This document shows positions 38,560-50,905 of a stretch of DNA of 64,000 nt, one piece after another. Source of the stretch: Lama guanicoe (taxonomy: Eukaryota); contig MU054220.1 of NCBI GenBank assembly GCA_013239625.1, forward strand, positions 4,029,374 through 4,093,373, written 5' to 3'. Made by a program: the position numbers and the translations under genes. A model generated the notes under the pieces. That model ran no database searches. It was not told where the DNA came from and saw only the letters and a program-made list of their open reading frames with translations. Positions within the stretch are counted from its first letter, which is position 1. Each line of letters starts with the position of its first letter.

Positions 38560-39018
38560 GGGAAAGTCCTACTGCTACCATGACACATTACCACACACTT
38601 AGTGTCTTAAACAACATCAGTCTATTACCGTACAGTTTTGGAGGTCAGAGGTCCCAAATCAGTCTGACTGGGCTAGAGTCAAGGTGTGGGGAGGGCAGGT
38701 TAATCAGGGGAGGAATCTGTTTCTTCTTCTTTTTGCTAGCTTCCGGAGGCTGCCTGCTTTCCTGAGCTCGTGGCCTCTTCCTCCATCCTCAAACCAGCAG
38801 TGTAGCATCTTCCCTCCTCTCTGACCTCTGCTCTGTCCTTCTCTCTTATAAGATTCTTGTAACTACAGTAGGCCCACCCAGATACTCTGTGAGAGTCTCC
38901 TCATTGCAAGATCCTTAACCTAATTATATCTGTAAATTCCCCTCTGCCATGAAAGATAATACATATACAGATTCTGGGACATGGACGTCTTTGAGGCGGC
39001 CATCATTCAGCCCACTGC
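38560..39018 (-). mobile_element. MLT1D-like LTR
   Basis: attaccacacacttagtgtcttaaacaaca...ggaggtcagaggtcc...ggattctgggacatggacgtcttt-like segment...attcagccc. Confidence 0.8.
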
Positions 39019-39999
39019 AGGTTCTTTCTCGAAGTGTTTGAGAGCCCAGGCTCTCAGACCTGGGTTGGAATCCAGGCCCTGCTGTTTCTTGTTGTGTGAG
39101 CTTGTGTTCACTCTGTGCCTCAGTTTCCTGTCTGTAAAATGAGACTAATAAGTGCAGCCATCTCAAGGATTGTTGTAAGAATTAAACAGCCATCATATGA
39201 GTTCTGGCCAGAGAACCTTAAATAAAAACAATAGAAGTTGCCTTTGTGCTGCTTTAAGCAGAAAAGTCATCAGGAAGGCTGGAAATCTAGGGTCAGAAAA
39301 TGCCAGGATAAGGCAGAACTGGCAGCCAGAACCACAGCCCAAACTGTGCTATGGAACCCGTCCAGTGAAGCTTTCTGTGTACCACCCCCTACCCTGTGCA
39401 CACGATGCCTGCTGCCTGTGGTCCCACCACCCCCAAGACACTGGCAGCTATGGGGTCAGGCTCTCCACTGCTCCTGGGCTGAACTAAGTGCTGGGCAGGA
39501 GCTCGGATTGGCTGGCTCTGGTCACATGCCCACCTGTTGGTTGCAAGGGATCCTGGGAAAGCAAGGATCTGGCTTTCTCGGGGTCTTGGTGGAAGCCTGG
39601 CTCTCCTATCCCAACTCCGGCTCGTGGGATGGAGAACCCCCAAACAAAAAGGAGTTCAGCTCCCAAATCACGCACTCATCCAATGCTACTCATGATTAGT
39701 ATCAGTCCAGGCTTCCTACTGATGGTCGTGGTAAAACTGTACCCGTTCCCCAGAACTGGAGAGGGAGGCAGAGATACTGGTCCGTGTCAAAACTTGATTG
39801 GATGTAGCCCGATGTCACAGGCGCTCTCACCTAGAGTCCAGCCAAACACCAAGAATGTCAGCCATTCCTGGGTGGCCATCCAGCCAGCAAGACCCTGCTT
39901 GGGATGGGGAGCCCACGTGGCTGGCTGGCGAACTTCCGTCAGCTTTCTTGGAGAGAGAAAAAGAGAAACTGGGAGAGTGCGAACGAGTGTGCAGCAAGG

Positions 40000-40200
40000 A
40001 AAAGGCGTCCGAAAGATGTTTTTAATGTGCATCAGATTATGCAGGCAAGCCAGGGGCCTCTGCCCGGCTTCCCGGCACGTTCCTGCCTGAAGACAGCTTG
40101 ATGGTTTGAAGGGAGCCGCGGTCAGATTATATACCTGTCAACTGCCTCTCGGCGCTCACTGGGGCGTGGGTGCTAATGAGGCCTGACACCTCAGGAATCC
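40000..40200. promoter_or_regulatory. Candidate conserved enhancer
   Basis: Repeated tcagattat (AGATTA 40034-39 and 40124-29), MEIS CTGTCA 40135-40, TAATG sites, CpG retention, no repeat signature. Confidence 0.4.
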
Positions 40201-40309
40201 AGCAGGATGCGAAACAGCCGCAGAGGGCAGGAGGGGAGGCAGGCGGGGCCTGCTCCGGCCACTCGGGCCTGCCTGGAATGCGCCGGAGGAGTATAGGAGG
40301 GAGCCTGGT

Positions 40310-40490
40310 GGGCCCGGCTCCAAGTCCTGCCTTGGCCACTTGCTGGTGGGATAATGAGAAAGTCACATCACCTCTCTGAACCTCAGTTTCCTCATCTATA
40401 AAATGGGTTTCATATTCCCTCAAAGGTTTATTGGGAGGATTCAAGATAGGGTATATTAGCACGGGGCAACACCTAATAAGTGATAACGAT
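40310..40490 (+). mobile_element. MIR SINE
   Basis: cctctctgaacctcagtttcctcatctataaaatggg. Confidence 0.8.
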
Positions 40491-40581
40491 CAGTCTTATT
40501 CACACTGTCAACACCCTCATCAACCTGGTTACCCTCGTCTGCTTCAAATGCCTGTCGAGGTGCTTAGAATTCTACTGTTGA

Positions 40582-40739
40582 GGGGGGAGGGTATAGCTCA
40601 GTGNNNNNNNNNNNNNNNNNNNNNNNNNNNNNNNNNNNNNNNNNNNNNNNNNNNNNNNNNNNNNNNNNNNNNNNNNNNNNNNNNNNNNNNNNNNNNNNNN
40701 NNNNNNNNNNNNNNNNNNNNNNNNNNNNNNNNNNNNNNN
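40582..40739 (+). mobile_element. tRNA-derived SINE head (camelid Vic-1-like); body lost in N gap 40604-40739
   Basis: ggggggagggtatagctcagtg with a Pol III A-box-like TAGCTCAGTG immediately before the gap. Confidence 0.6.
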
Positions 40740-40789
40740 CTCCAAAATTCCTGCATTGAAGCATTTATCTACCATTGTTTTTCCCCCAG

Positions 40790-41025
40790 CTTTCTTCTTG
40801 AGATGTGATTGACATGCAAAACTGTATAAGTGTAAGGTGGACATTGTCTTGATTTAATACACTTATATATTGCAAAATGACTACCATCATAGCATTAGCT
40901 AACACCTCCATGACAGTACACAATTGCCATTTCTTTCCTGTGGCGAGAACATTTAAGATCTAGTCTTCTTAGCAACTTCCAAGTATACAACGCAGTATTA
41001 TTAATAATATATCCACCATCATGCA
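40790..41025 (-). mobile_element. L1MA9-like 3' end
   Basis: atatattgcaaaatgactacca...ttagctaacacctcc...agaacatttaagatct...cttagcaacttccaagtatacaa. Confidence 0.8.
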
Positions 41026-42339
41026 TTGGTTTCCCTCCCAGAGAGCCTGCTGGGAGAACTGTTAGGCTGAGGGAGCTGTTGAGGATGATTTTGGCCAACC
41101 TCCATCTTACTGTAGAGGAATCAAGGCGCAGAGGGGGAGGTAACTTACCCAAGGTCTAACTGCTTGGTGGCAGAGGAGTTTTGACAGCAAGGAAGGGAAA
41201 CAGAACAAGAAGGCCCCTGACTGCCTGGGGCAGAGGGGTGAACTTGATCCTCTTCTTAGAGCTGCTCTCATGACTCTAATCCCAGGCATGTTAGATAAAT
41301 GCAGAGACCAGGAATAGCTCTGTCTTGAGGCCATCAACTATCACTCTGAATAACACAAGCTGAGCATGTTGGAATCCCAAGGAGGGCACAGAGATGTATG
41401 CGAGGGGGCCGGGCATCCCTGTCTTTATGTCCTGGAAAAGAAAAAGGGACACTTAAACAGCTCATCCTAGGCACATACTGAGAACAGCATCTATTACAGG
41501 CCCGGAGTGGGACAGATGAATTCCTCCTGGGGGATGGATGTTTTCACAGGAGCTAGTATCCAAGTTGAAGTTCACAAAATGAGATTCAGGGGGAAAAGCC
41601 TGTAAAAAGAATCACATCTGGTTCAGGGGTAAAGAGGAACTTCAGGAAGGAGATAGGATTTGCCAGATGCTGTGAAAAAAGAACACTATTTCCACAGGCA
41701 GAGGAGGGAAGGGCAAACCTGGCAGTGAGCATAGACTGAGAAGAGGCACAGGGGCAGGAAGCACACAGTGTGCTTGGAAACAAGAAGTTGAGTTGACCAG
41801 AGAATAAGCAGCAAGAAGCAGTTGTAGGAGATAAGGCTAGAAAGGGAGGTTGGGACCAGATGGTGGGCATCCTAAAATGACACGTCAAAGAAATTGTACT
41901 AAATTCCAAAGGAAGAGGGAGTCATGGAAGGTTGCAGAGCAGGAGCGTGGTATGCTTGGGGCTGAGATATATGGGAGGAAATGGAGCAGGGAGAAGCAGG
42001 GCAAGGTGGGCTCTCACCACCACCAAAATTCGCCACTGCACAGCCTGCTAATGCTACCAATAATTGATTTTTAATAGCTCAAAATTCAGTGAGACCATCT
42101 TACTTTATGCTAGGTGCCATGGCTTGTACTTTTTTTGGTAAGCCTGGCATTCCTAAGAATTCTGCCTTGAACGCTGGTTGGTAGGTGGGGAGATGAGGGG
42201 AGAGATGGGGAGCAACCTGCGCAGTCATCCGAAGCTGAGTTCTGAGGAGTGGCGTAATGTTTCTCTAGTTTGGTACCCTGCCTTAACACCCAAGGTGGTT
42301 CGTATAACCCGAGGACTTTGCTTAAATGACGGCAAATAA

Positions 42340-42600
42340 TGGGAAAGGAGAGTGTTGGGGGAGCGCCTGGAATGTGCCAGGCACATTTACATACCTTTGC
42401 TTCATTTAATTCACGTTAGATCTGTGATCTCATTTAACCAGACAACAATCTCACAGAGGAGATGTTATTATTCCCATTTCATAGATGAGAAAACTGAGGT
42501 TCAGAGGGATTCAGTAACTTGCTCAAGGTCTCTGAGCTAGAAAGTGGCAGATCCAGGACTCAGACTCAAACCTGTGCGTCTCTAAACCCTGATTCTTCTT
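42340..42600 (-). mobile_element. MIR SINE
   Basis: cccatttcatagatgagaaaactgaggttcagaggg. Confidence 0.8.
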
Positions 42601-45600
42601 CCCATACCATGATCCCTCTGGAGAACTGAACCCTCCCTGCCAAATGACACAAGGGCTTCTCAACAGGCTCCTTGAGAGTCACTGCACAGCCGAGGTTAGT
42701 CCCAGGCCCTCCTCACTGGGGATTTGGCAACCATTAGCCGTGGGCAGCCAGAAACCTAGGTGGTCCTGCTCAGACCCTGCTGGCCCCTGTCCTGTGTCTC
42801 ACATCATTCGTCGTTTCTGAGAACTGGCACCCCACCTGCCAAGAGACCTCTGGCTGCAGTTCCTCAGAACCCGACTCAAAGGGCAGGGGGCTGGCTTCAC
42901 CCGCATTGTTTCCCACACTTGGGCTGCTTGGTGACCGACCCCCTACTCGGTTCCTGTTGGGCAGCCGTAATGCTGGGGCCGCGCTCTGCTCACACTTTCT
43001 CTGGAGTGTTCTCGGCTCTTCCTTTCCCTGCAGCTCTGCAGAAGCATCCCAGGGACCACTCCCGGCTGGGCAGTAAAAGCATGTCCAGCTTGAGTGTCGC
43101 CTGGAAGGCCCCCTTCCTTCTGACGCCCTTTCTTCCTGGGGATGGGGTGCTTCCCTCTCCACCAGACAAGCATTCCCTCTGGGCTGCAGCTGGACTTCAG
43201 CTGTCCGCTTGCTTCTGTATTAGGATTTTACTGTTTAACTCCTTTGTGTCGGCTTACTCCTTAGCAAATTTCTACCATGCCACACTGCCCCCACCAAGAC
43301 CTTCCCGATCAGCAGGTGACCACCTTTCCCTCTGGCATGGGTCCTACCTCAGTCCTGCCAACTTACCCATCAACACCCAAGCTCTGGCTCTGAGGCAGCT
43401 ACATTAATCAGGTCTCTTTTGATTGCAAGTGACAGAAATCTAGTTGAATGCACTGGAAGCAAAAGAGAAAAGAACGGACTGGAATGGAACAGAACAGAAC
43501 AGCACAGAATAGAATCATTGGTTAATATAACTGGGAGCTGTGGGCATGGGGACAGGACTGAATTCAGAGTTCGAAAATGTAAATAATGATTTTCTCCCTC
43601 CCCTCCCCCAACTCTCTCTGTGGCCCCGAGTCTTGCCTCCTATAGGTGGGCTCCTCTACAGATAAAGAAAACCTAGGATTCCCAGCCTCTCAGCTCCAGT
43701 GAGATTGAAGCCAGTTCCTGCTCCTAGTGACCGCAGCAGAGAAGAACTCTGATGGGCCCTGTAGGGGTCCCATGGCCACCCCTGACCCAATTGTAGGGGC
43801 CGGGGGATGGTGGAATGACTGGTCCAGTCAGGGTCTGCCTGTGCCACCTCTGAACCTCGGGGAAGGGCGCTTGTTACCAGAAGAATGGAGATGGGGAGCA
43901 AACGCTGTGCCCAGTGGAAAGAATAGTTTCATATACCAGGGGAGGGGCTGAGGAGCAGGGAGTTGTGCGTGGCAGGGCACCCTTGAGTTTGCCCAAGAAG
44001 CGCAGCCCCACTCTCTGGGGCCATCTCAGGAGCTGGAAGGAGAGACAGCTGCGGGGGGGGGGGGACAGGGGATGGGGATGGAGCAGTGGTCTCTGTGGCA
44101 AGGGAGGAGCTAGAGGCCCTCCTGCCAGGAGCTTCCCAGATTCCTCTGCGGGGAGGTGCCAAGGGGCAGGAAGCTGAGTGAGAAGATGAGAGAGAGGCAT
44201 CTGAGGAATGCAGAGGCTGCTGGGTGGCTCTGGAGACAGGCTACTGAGGGCAGGAACACCCTGCTGCTCCTGGGGTCAGCCCCTTGTCAGAGGTGGAGGG
44301 TCGCATCCTGCCTCACCATTAACTCACTGGGTGACCTGGGCACTGGGTGACCTGGGCACAGAGTCACCAGCCTCAGTTTCCCTGCCGGTGAAATGAGGAC
44401 GTTGGAATGAAAGAGGCTCAGCCTCTCTTCTCTTCCTCCAGAGCCCACCCCAGCTCCTTCCAACACCCCTAGGAGTGAGGGCCCCCCAGGAGGCCCTGGG
44501 AACCCAGGAATGAGCCCCAGGCCTCAGCTCCTCCCCAAGGAATCTGGGGGAGCAGTGGGCAGGGTAGCTGAAGGTCCCCTCACCCACCTCTCCTCCCCGA
44601 ACCGTTTCTGCTTCCCCCTTTCTTTCCTCTCCTGGCTGCAAAGCACATACAGATGTGGGGCTGTCGGCCACAATCAGGGGGCTCAGGTGAGGAATGGGGC
44701 CTGGCAGCCCTTGGCTTGTACTCGTTTGCCTGAGTGCAATTTCCCCGTAATTACACTTCCTAACTTTTCAGCATCTGTGAAAGATCATCTTCTGACACAG
44801 CGGAGTCAGGCTCACGCCAGCCAGGAGGCAAGCCCCTTCGCTCAGAATCATTTTCAACAGGCAGAGAAAACACATTTGTTCCTTTCCTTCCGGCATGTAC
44901 AATGTCCCCAAGAGACAAGCCTAGGGGCCTGACCAGTGGCTCCAAGCAGCCCGGAGTCTCGGCGCCCGCCACCCCATCACCCTCTCACACCCTCTGATGC
45001 TCCCCACCCACCACCAGCCCCAATTCTCAGCGGCTCCCTTGGTTCCCATTGTGTTGTTGCTGACACCATCATCCACATGCAAGGTGAGCCGCTCAAATTC
45101 CCACGGACCAGCTCTGTCAGTCACTCACAATGACATTTATAATGTCACCTACCCTGTCACCCCTCCTACCTCACCCATAAGCACTGCAGGACCATCTCCT
45201 CCCACCATCACCCACCCATATTCTCTACCAGTCACCTCGTCTGCAACACAGTGGCATTCAGAGATGTCATTTTAACTGCCCTTTCCTGTCCCCCTGAGTG
45301 GCTCTGAAGCCAGCCTGAACCCTCCCACACTGGCCCCACAGCCAGCCAACTTATCTCCTTTTCCACTCTGAGACCCTGGGATTGGCAGAGGCTTTGTTCG
45401 GGGTGCCACCAAACTGGAGATCTCACACCACCACTCCCAGGACCTCAGGTGTAAAGGCTTGATTTGACAAGGTGAGGGGCCAGGGCAAGAGGCAGAGAGA
45501 ACTGAGGGTCTCAGAAACTCTGAGGAGGAAAGAACCACGAGGGACCTTGTAAACACATTAGAAATGTGGCCAGGCCCAGGACATCGGACAACAAATAGCT

Positions 45601-46399
45601 CAAGCAACAGTACTGTATGCGGGGTGTGCAGAGGACAGAGTGGGGGGGAGGCCCCCATGGGGTCTAATCTCCCCAACCTGGGGCCTGCTGGCCCTGGGGC
45701 CTGGGGACCAACCCCACTGCCTCAGGGTAAATAGGCTGTAAGCCAAGGAAGACACCTCCCACTGTGATGGAAACCAAATCCCCTAAGGATGAGTTGTACC
45801 CCATCCTCCCTCTCTACTTACAATTCTGTAGGAAACATTCTTGTTTCCAAAACCCAGAATCTGGGCAGAGCCTGGTGTGGGACATGGCTTCAGGAGAGGT
45901 TTTCCTTTTGTCCAGAGAGGTAAATATGAGACATATGTACCCCATCCTGAGCCCATGGCAGACATCATTAATCAATCATGGCCCAGAGAGGCTAAGTATT
46001 TGGCAAAGGTTGCACAGCTGATAAATGAGAGGACCCAACTTTTGAACCTGGGCAGTCTGGATTCAAGCCTTGATCTTAACCATGGGGCTAGATTATCCCA
46101 TACAAGCACTGGCCCCTAGCCTCAGAGGTGGGCACATCCAGCCTTAGCTACAGCTTCTCAGTAGATAAGAGAGGAAAACAAATACCCTTGAGAGAAAGAG
46201 GCAGTAGAAAGCAGGAGCTAAATGTGAGGTCTGGCATCGATATGAATTCAAAGTCAGGCTTTGCCACTTACCGTCTGTGGGATTTGGAGCAGGTGATATA
46301 AACTTTTTGGAGCTTCTATTATCTCCACTGTAAAATGAATAGTCTTTTAGAAACATACATAAAGTACCTGGTTCTAAATGAATAATAGGCAGAGTCTTA

Positions 46400-46890
46400 T
46401 TTATCTAGAAAGCAAAGTCTGAGCAGCATTATTAACAACAACCAAAAGGTGGAAGCAAGCANNNNNNNNNNNNNNNNNNNNNNNNNNNNNNNNNNNNNNN
46501 NNNNNNNNNNNNNNNNNNNNNNNNNNNNNNNNNNNNNNNNNNNNNNNNNNNNNNNNNNNNNNNNNNNNNNNNNNNNNNNNNNNNNNNNNNNNNNNNNNNN
46601 NNNNNNNNNNNNNNNNNNNNNNNNNNNNNNNNNNNNNNNNNNNATGTGAGGCCTCTAGTGCAGTCAAGTTAAACAGAGAGAAAGAAGAATGGTGGTTGCC
46701 AGGGTCTAGGGGGAGGGGGGAAAGGGGAGCTGTTGTTTAATGAGTATAGAGTTTCAGATTTGCAAGATGAAAAGCTCTGGAGATCTGGTTCACAACAATG
46801 TGAATATACTCAACACTAATGAACGGTGTAGCTGAAAGTGGTATAAAATGGTAAATGTTACATCTGTTTGAATGCAATCAAAAAAACATA
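46400..46890 (+). mobile_element. L1MB-like 3' end with N gap 46462-46643
   Basis: gcagcattattaacaacaaccaaaaggtggaagcaa...agaatggtggttgccaggg...tatagagtttcagatttgcaagatgaaaa. Confidence 0.85.
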
Positions 46891-49408
46891 CAAAAAGCAA
46901 GTCCTATAATGGCCCAAGGAAGGGTGAGTTACTCAAGGTAGGTGTTGAACAGAGGAGGTGGTGGCCTCTGCTGGGGAAGGTTGGAGAAGGCATCTGAAAG
47001 GAGCTGGGGTCTGAGATGGGGTTTTGATAAGACCACCTGGGCCGGGGAAGCTCACGGGCAAGGATGAGTCTATCACCACCTGCCCAAAAAAGAGCCTCTG
47101 CGCTGGGTCCCCCATTCCTATCCTACCCACTTCCACCCCCGACTTGGCTCAAAGCAGAGAATGCTCTGTTGGGACATCTTGGTGGGGGGATGGAAGGGCC
47201 ATGCTGGAGGAAGGTGGCAGCAAGCAAGCCAGCAGGAGGCCAGGGCAGAGGGCAGGGAGGACAGTCTCTCTGCACAGAGGTTTCACTGAGCCCTTGTGCT
47301 GGCCTTCTGGGCACCCCTTACCCTGCAGAGCCTGTTCCCTGGGCAGGGCAGGTACCAATTCCAACACAGGGCAGAAATATTCTGTGACCACCTATTAGAT
47401 GTCAAACCAGAACATTATGGGAATGGGGGCCAGAGACAAAAGACCAAACCCAGCCTCCAACATGACAAGGCTTAGTGACACAGCGGACTCCGAGGACCCC
47501 GGAAACCCTCATGGCAGCTGTGCCCAGGAGGAGGGGTTTGGGAATCAGCGGCGTGCTCACTTCCGCTTTGCTCTATTCCATCCTGGAGGATCCCGTCAGT
47601 CCAAATAAATCTTATCTGCCTGCCCTCTCCCACTCATTGAGGAAAATCCCCCGAGGGCCTCTCTGAGCCCCACCACGGGGGTGGGGAGGGTCCCTGGCCT
47701 CGCCCCTCCTGCCCCGCTGCTCCCTGCTCACGGGAGCTTATCCTGAGTGCAAATCCTGGCTCTGCCATCTACTAGTTCTGTTGGCCTCTTTATGTCTCAG
47801 CCCCCTTCTCTGTAAAATGGGTATTTAATCAGACCTGAGTCACGGGACTGGAAAGCAGTTACAGCTAATCCCGGCACAGAGTGAGCACCCCATACATCTG
47901 AGCTGTTCTTAATTTTGTCATTATTTTATCCTCTTCTGAACTTCTTGTCCACTTCCTGTCCACACTCTTCATCTGACTCTGAGTCAAAATCCATGTATTT
48001 CCTTTTTTCCATGCATAAAAAATGCCCATTCGGGGCAGGGAGCTGAGTTGCCAATGTGTTCATTCTTTGGGGTCACTGCTAAGTTGAAACATCACCCTAT
48101 GATGGAGAGCATATTCTGGTTCTCAGGGAAGCTTTGCTTTCATGATCACATCTATCACACCTTGCTTGGGAGAGAAGAGGCTGCTGTTTGCCATCTAAGG
48201 TTGCAGAAACTTAGCAACAGGCTCATAGCACAGCTGGGGCCAGATCCCAGGTCTCCTGACCCCACGCCACACCCTTTCCAATTCAAGTGCAGTGACAGCT
48301 ATAGGATTTCAACCAAGGAAGAGATGAAGGGGGCTGCTGTCCCCTGCCCTCTCTGTCCTGCACCGCACTCTCTGGGTGTGGGAGCGGCAGCTTGGGGAGA
48401 AGGAAGTAGAGACTGAGTGGGGTCGTCACCAAGCAAGGGGGGTGAGCAGGTGGCATGAGAGAGGTGTCACTCCCTCACCATGTCCATTCGCTGACCTCCT
48501 GGGAGCATCAGGCCTTCTGTGAACCATAGCTTGGACACGGGTTCCTATCTCACCTGAAGGCTCGGAGGGCGACACCCTCAGCTAAAGGCATCGTGTTCTC
48601 CCAGAAAAGACTAAGTGAGGGCAGTGGGAGACACATGGAGTGGACCCTGGAAGGACTTCCCAGCACCAACATCTGTGAAGCCCAGGGTTGCCCTCCCTCC
48701 CCAAGCTGGGCATCCCTCACTCTCACTGTGGTGCTCGCTGGGAACACAGACATCTCGCATCAAGACAAATGGAGCTGAACAGCTGTGTTGTGAACACACT
48801 TCCCCTTTGGGAGCTGCCTGCTTAGAGGAGTTCCAGGCACTTGTTGGGCCTGGGTGGGGCCACTTATAGTCAACCGGCTGAAAAATAATCACTATGATTT
48901 TAGGAATCAGCGTCATTATCTGGGACATGCCTGTCCCACCACATACCACCTGGGTCACCTTGGGCAAGTCCCTCCTCCTCCCTGGACCTCAGTTTGCACA
49001 TCTGTAAAACTGGGCGATTTGAAATTAAGACCCTCCAAGGCCCCTACTTGCTGGGACACCCTCATAGACTAATATTTACCTTTCACCAAAGAGACGGAGG
49101 GAACCCAATTCAAAAGCAGGCATGCGACCCAGTGCCCCAGCTCCTGGTAAGCGTGTATTCCAGCTGGGGAGGGGGGCAGAAAAAAGAAAAGGAATGAAGA
49201 ATTTTAGACAATGAAAAACACTAGGAGTAAATAAAACAGAGTGATGAGATAGGAAGCCAGGAACATTCCAGCACAAGTACAAATGAAGGTCCCCTCCCAG
49301 GCCTCCTTCTCCCCTACCCTGTCTCTGCCCCAAGTCCTGAGGGCCCTTATGTGTGTGTGGACACATGACATCTCCATCTCCTCCTGCGCTCACACCATAC
49401 ACAACACA

Positions 49409-49447
49409 GGGCCACCCTTGGGCCACCCTTGGGCCACCCCTCGGGCC
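49409..49447. repeat. 11-bp tandem repeat x3 (gggccaccctt)
   Basis: gggccacccttgggccacccttgggccacccctcgggcc. Confidence 0.8.
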
Positions 49448-50399
49448 TGGGGAGGCTCACACAAGCAACACAGTTGGCCCTTGGAGGACAGACCCCGGAA
49501 GAGGTCCCCATGCCTAGAAGCAGGCTCAGAATGTCTGGGCAGGGACCTCCAGAGCCCTCAGAACCCTGAGTGTTGGCGAGCCGGATGGGCACATCGTGTT
49601 GGCCCATGGACTCCTCACTCCGTGAGTCGGGCCAGTGCGGGGCCCTCTGAGTCAGGTTCTAGGGGTGCTCCTTTAGGAAGCCTCAGGGGCCGGGGTGCTG
49701 ATTTGGTTCAGGGGAGGAGGGAAGGCCTCCGAGAGGAAGAGGCCTTTGAGCTGAGACCCCATTATGAAGCGGCAGCCCTGACGGCACTGGAAAAGGCATT
49801 CCGGGCAGGGGGAGCAGCCCATCCAACACTCCAGGCCTGCTGCCCGGGCCTCCAGGCCCACCCTCTGCCCTAGCCAGGCGGGGAGGGGCCCCAAGAGGCA
49901 CCTGGAAGCAATCTTCCCCAGCCTGTTCCCTGAAAGTGAAAGCTACTCGCTTTGATAGTCGCCAAATTGCCTTTCTTTCTCCCTTCCTTCCAGGGAGGGA
50001 GGCTGCTGGAGTCTGGGAGGGGGATGCGGGAGGAAAATTAGCCAAAATCAGCCAGCCTTTGGTTCTTCTGCATTGGATGAGCAGCCTTAGAGGCCTATGG
50101 GATCGGTTCTGCGCCCACCACCCAGCTTTCCTTGTCCTTGAACACGGACTCTCTAGGGACCAAGGAAAGGATTCTGCTTCTCCAGCCTGGATGCCCTGCC
50201 TGACCTCTGACCTGTCACTTTCCCTGTCTAAGCCCCTGTCCTTCAGCCCTGAAGAAGAGAAATTCAAAAGCTCCAATTTCCTAACAAGGTTGGAAGTTTC
50301 CATACTGACCCCCACCTCCTCCAAGCACCATTTCATAGACTTCTTTGGCAAAAACCCAAATAATATTCAATCATAACTCAAGTCACCCCACATACTCTA

Positions 50400-50905
50400 A
50401 CCTCTTAAAACACATCTTTAAATTCTCCGACATTCCTCCCATCAAGAGGTGGAGTCTGCGGCCCCTCCCCTTGAATCTGGGCCAATCCTAGAGACTTAGG
50501 TCCACCGCAAGACTACGGCAGAAGAAACCCCATGAGACTTCCAGGGATGGGTTCACCAAGCGGCCTCAAGCTGAAGCCCTGAGTCCCAGGCCAGATTTTC
50601 CACCACAATGAGGCTGCTGTGCTATGAGGACACCCAAACTAGCTCCCCTGGAGAGACCACACAGAGATTCCAGAGATTTCTAGAAAAGAGAGAGATCCCT
50701 GCTCCCACTCAGCGCCTCCAGCCCCTCACCACCCCCTACAGCCACCATCTGCCAGTAAGTGTGAGGGGCCCCAAGCTGAAGCCACCCTGCAAAGCTCTTC
50801 TTGGATTCCCACCCACAGAAACCACGAAAGACACTAACCTAGTGGCAGTTGTTTTTAGCCAGGGTTTCAGAGAGATTTGTTATGTAGCAGTGGGTCATGG
50901 GAACG
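50400..50905 (+). mobile_element. MaLR LTR (MLT1E/F-like)
   Basis: cctcccatcaagaggtggagtctg...cccctccccttgaatctgggc...cccacagaaacc...atttgttatgtagcag. Confidence 0.75.

Noticed and set aside
40582-40603. tRNA gene
   Set aside because: Only an A-box-like head is visible before a gap, and it matches a tRNA-derived SINE start.
42760-43407. 215-aa ORF, and similar 190-200 aa ORFs at 31439, 37047, 39488 and 49283
   Set aside because: Several have non-ATG starts, all have low-information composition or overlap repeats, and I recognise no homology.
43470-43515. (GGAAT/AGAAC)n pentamer run as a satellite or CRISPR-like array
   Set aside because: Short simple repeat inside an MLT1-like LTR with no spacers; eukaryotic DNA with no cas genes or operons.
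44050-44085. G-run cluster as a possible G-quadruplex (also ~11105-11160)
   Set aside because: Common in GC-rich isochores and no supporting context.
44325-44356. 16-bp tandem duplication cactgggtgacctggg
   Set aside because: Local slippage inside a MIR; no sign of function.
49683-50351. Longest ORF (222 aa, minus strand)
   Set aside because: No recognisable domain and S/P/R/G-rich composition; expected by chance in GC-rich DNA, with similar ORFs overlapping in other frames.
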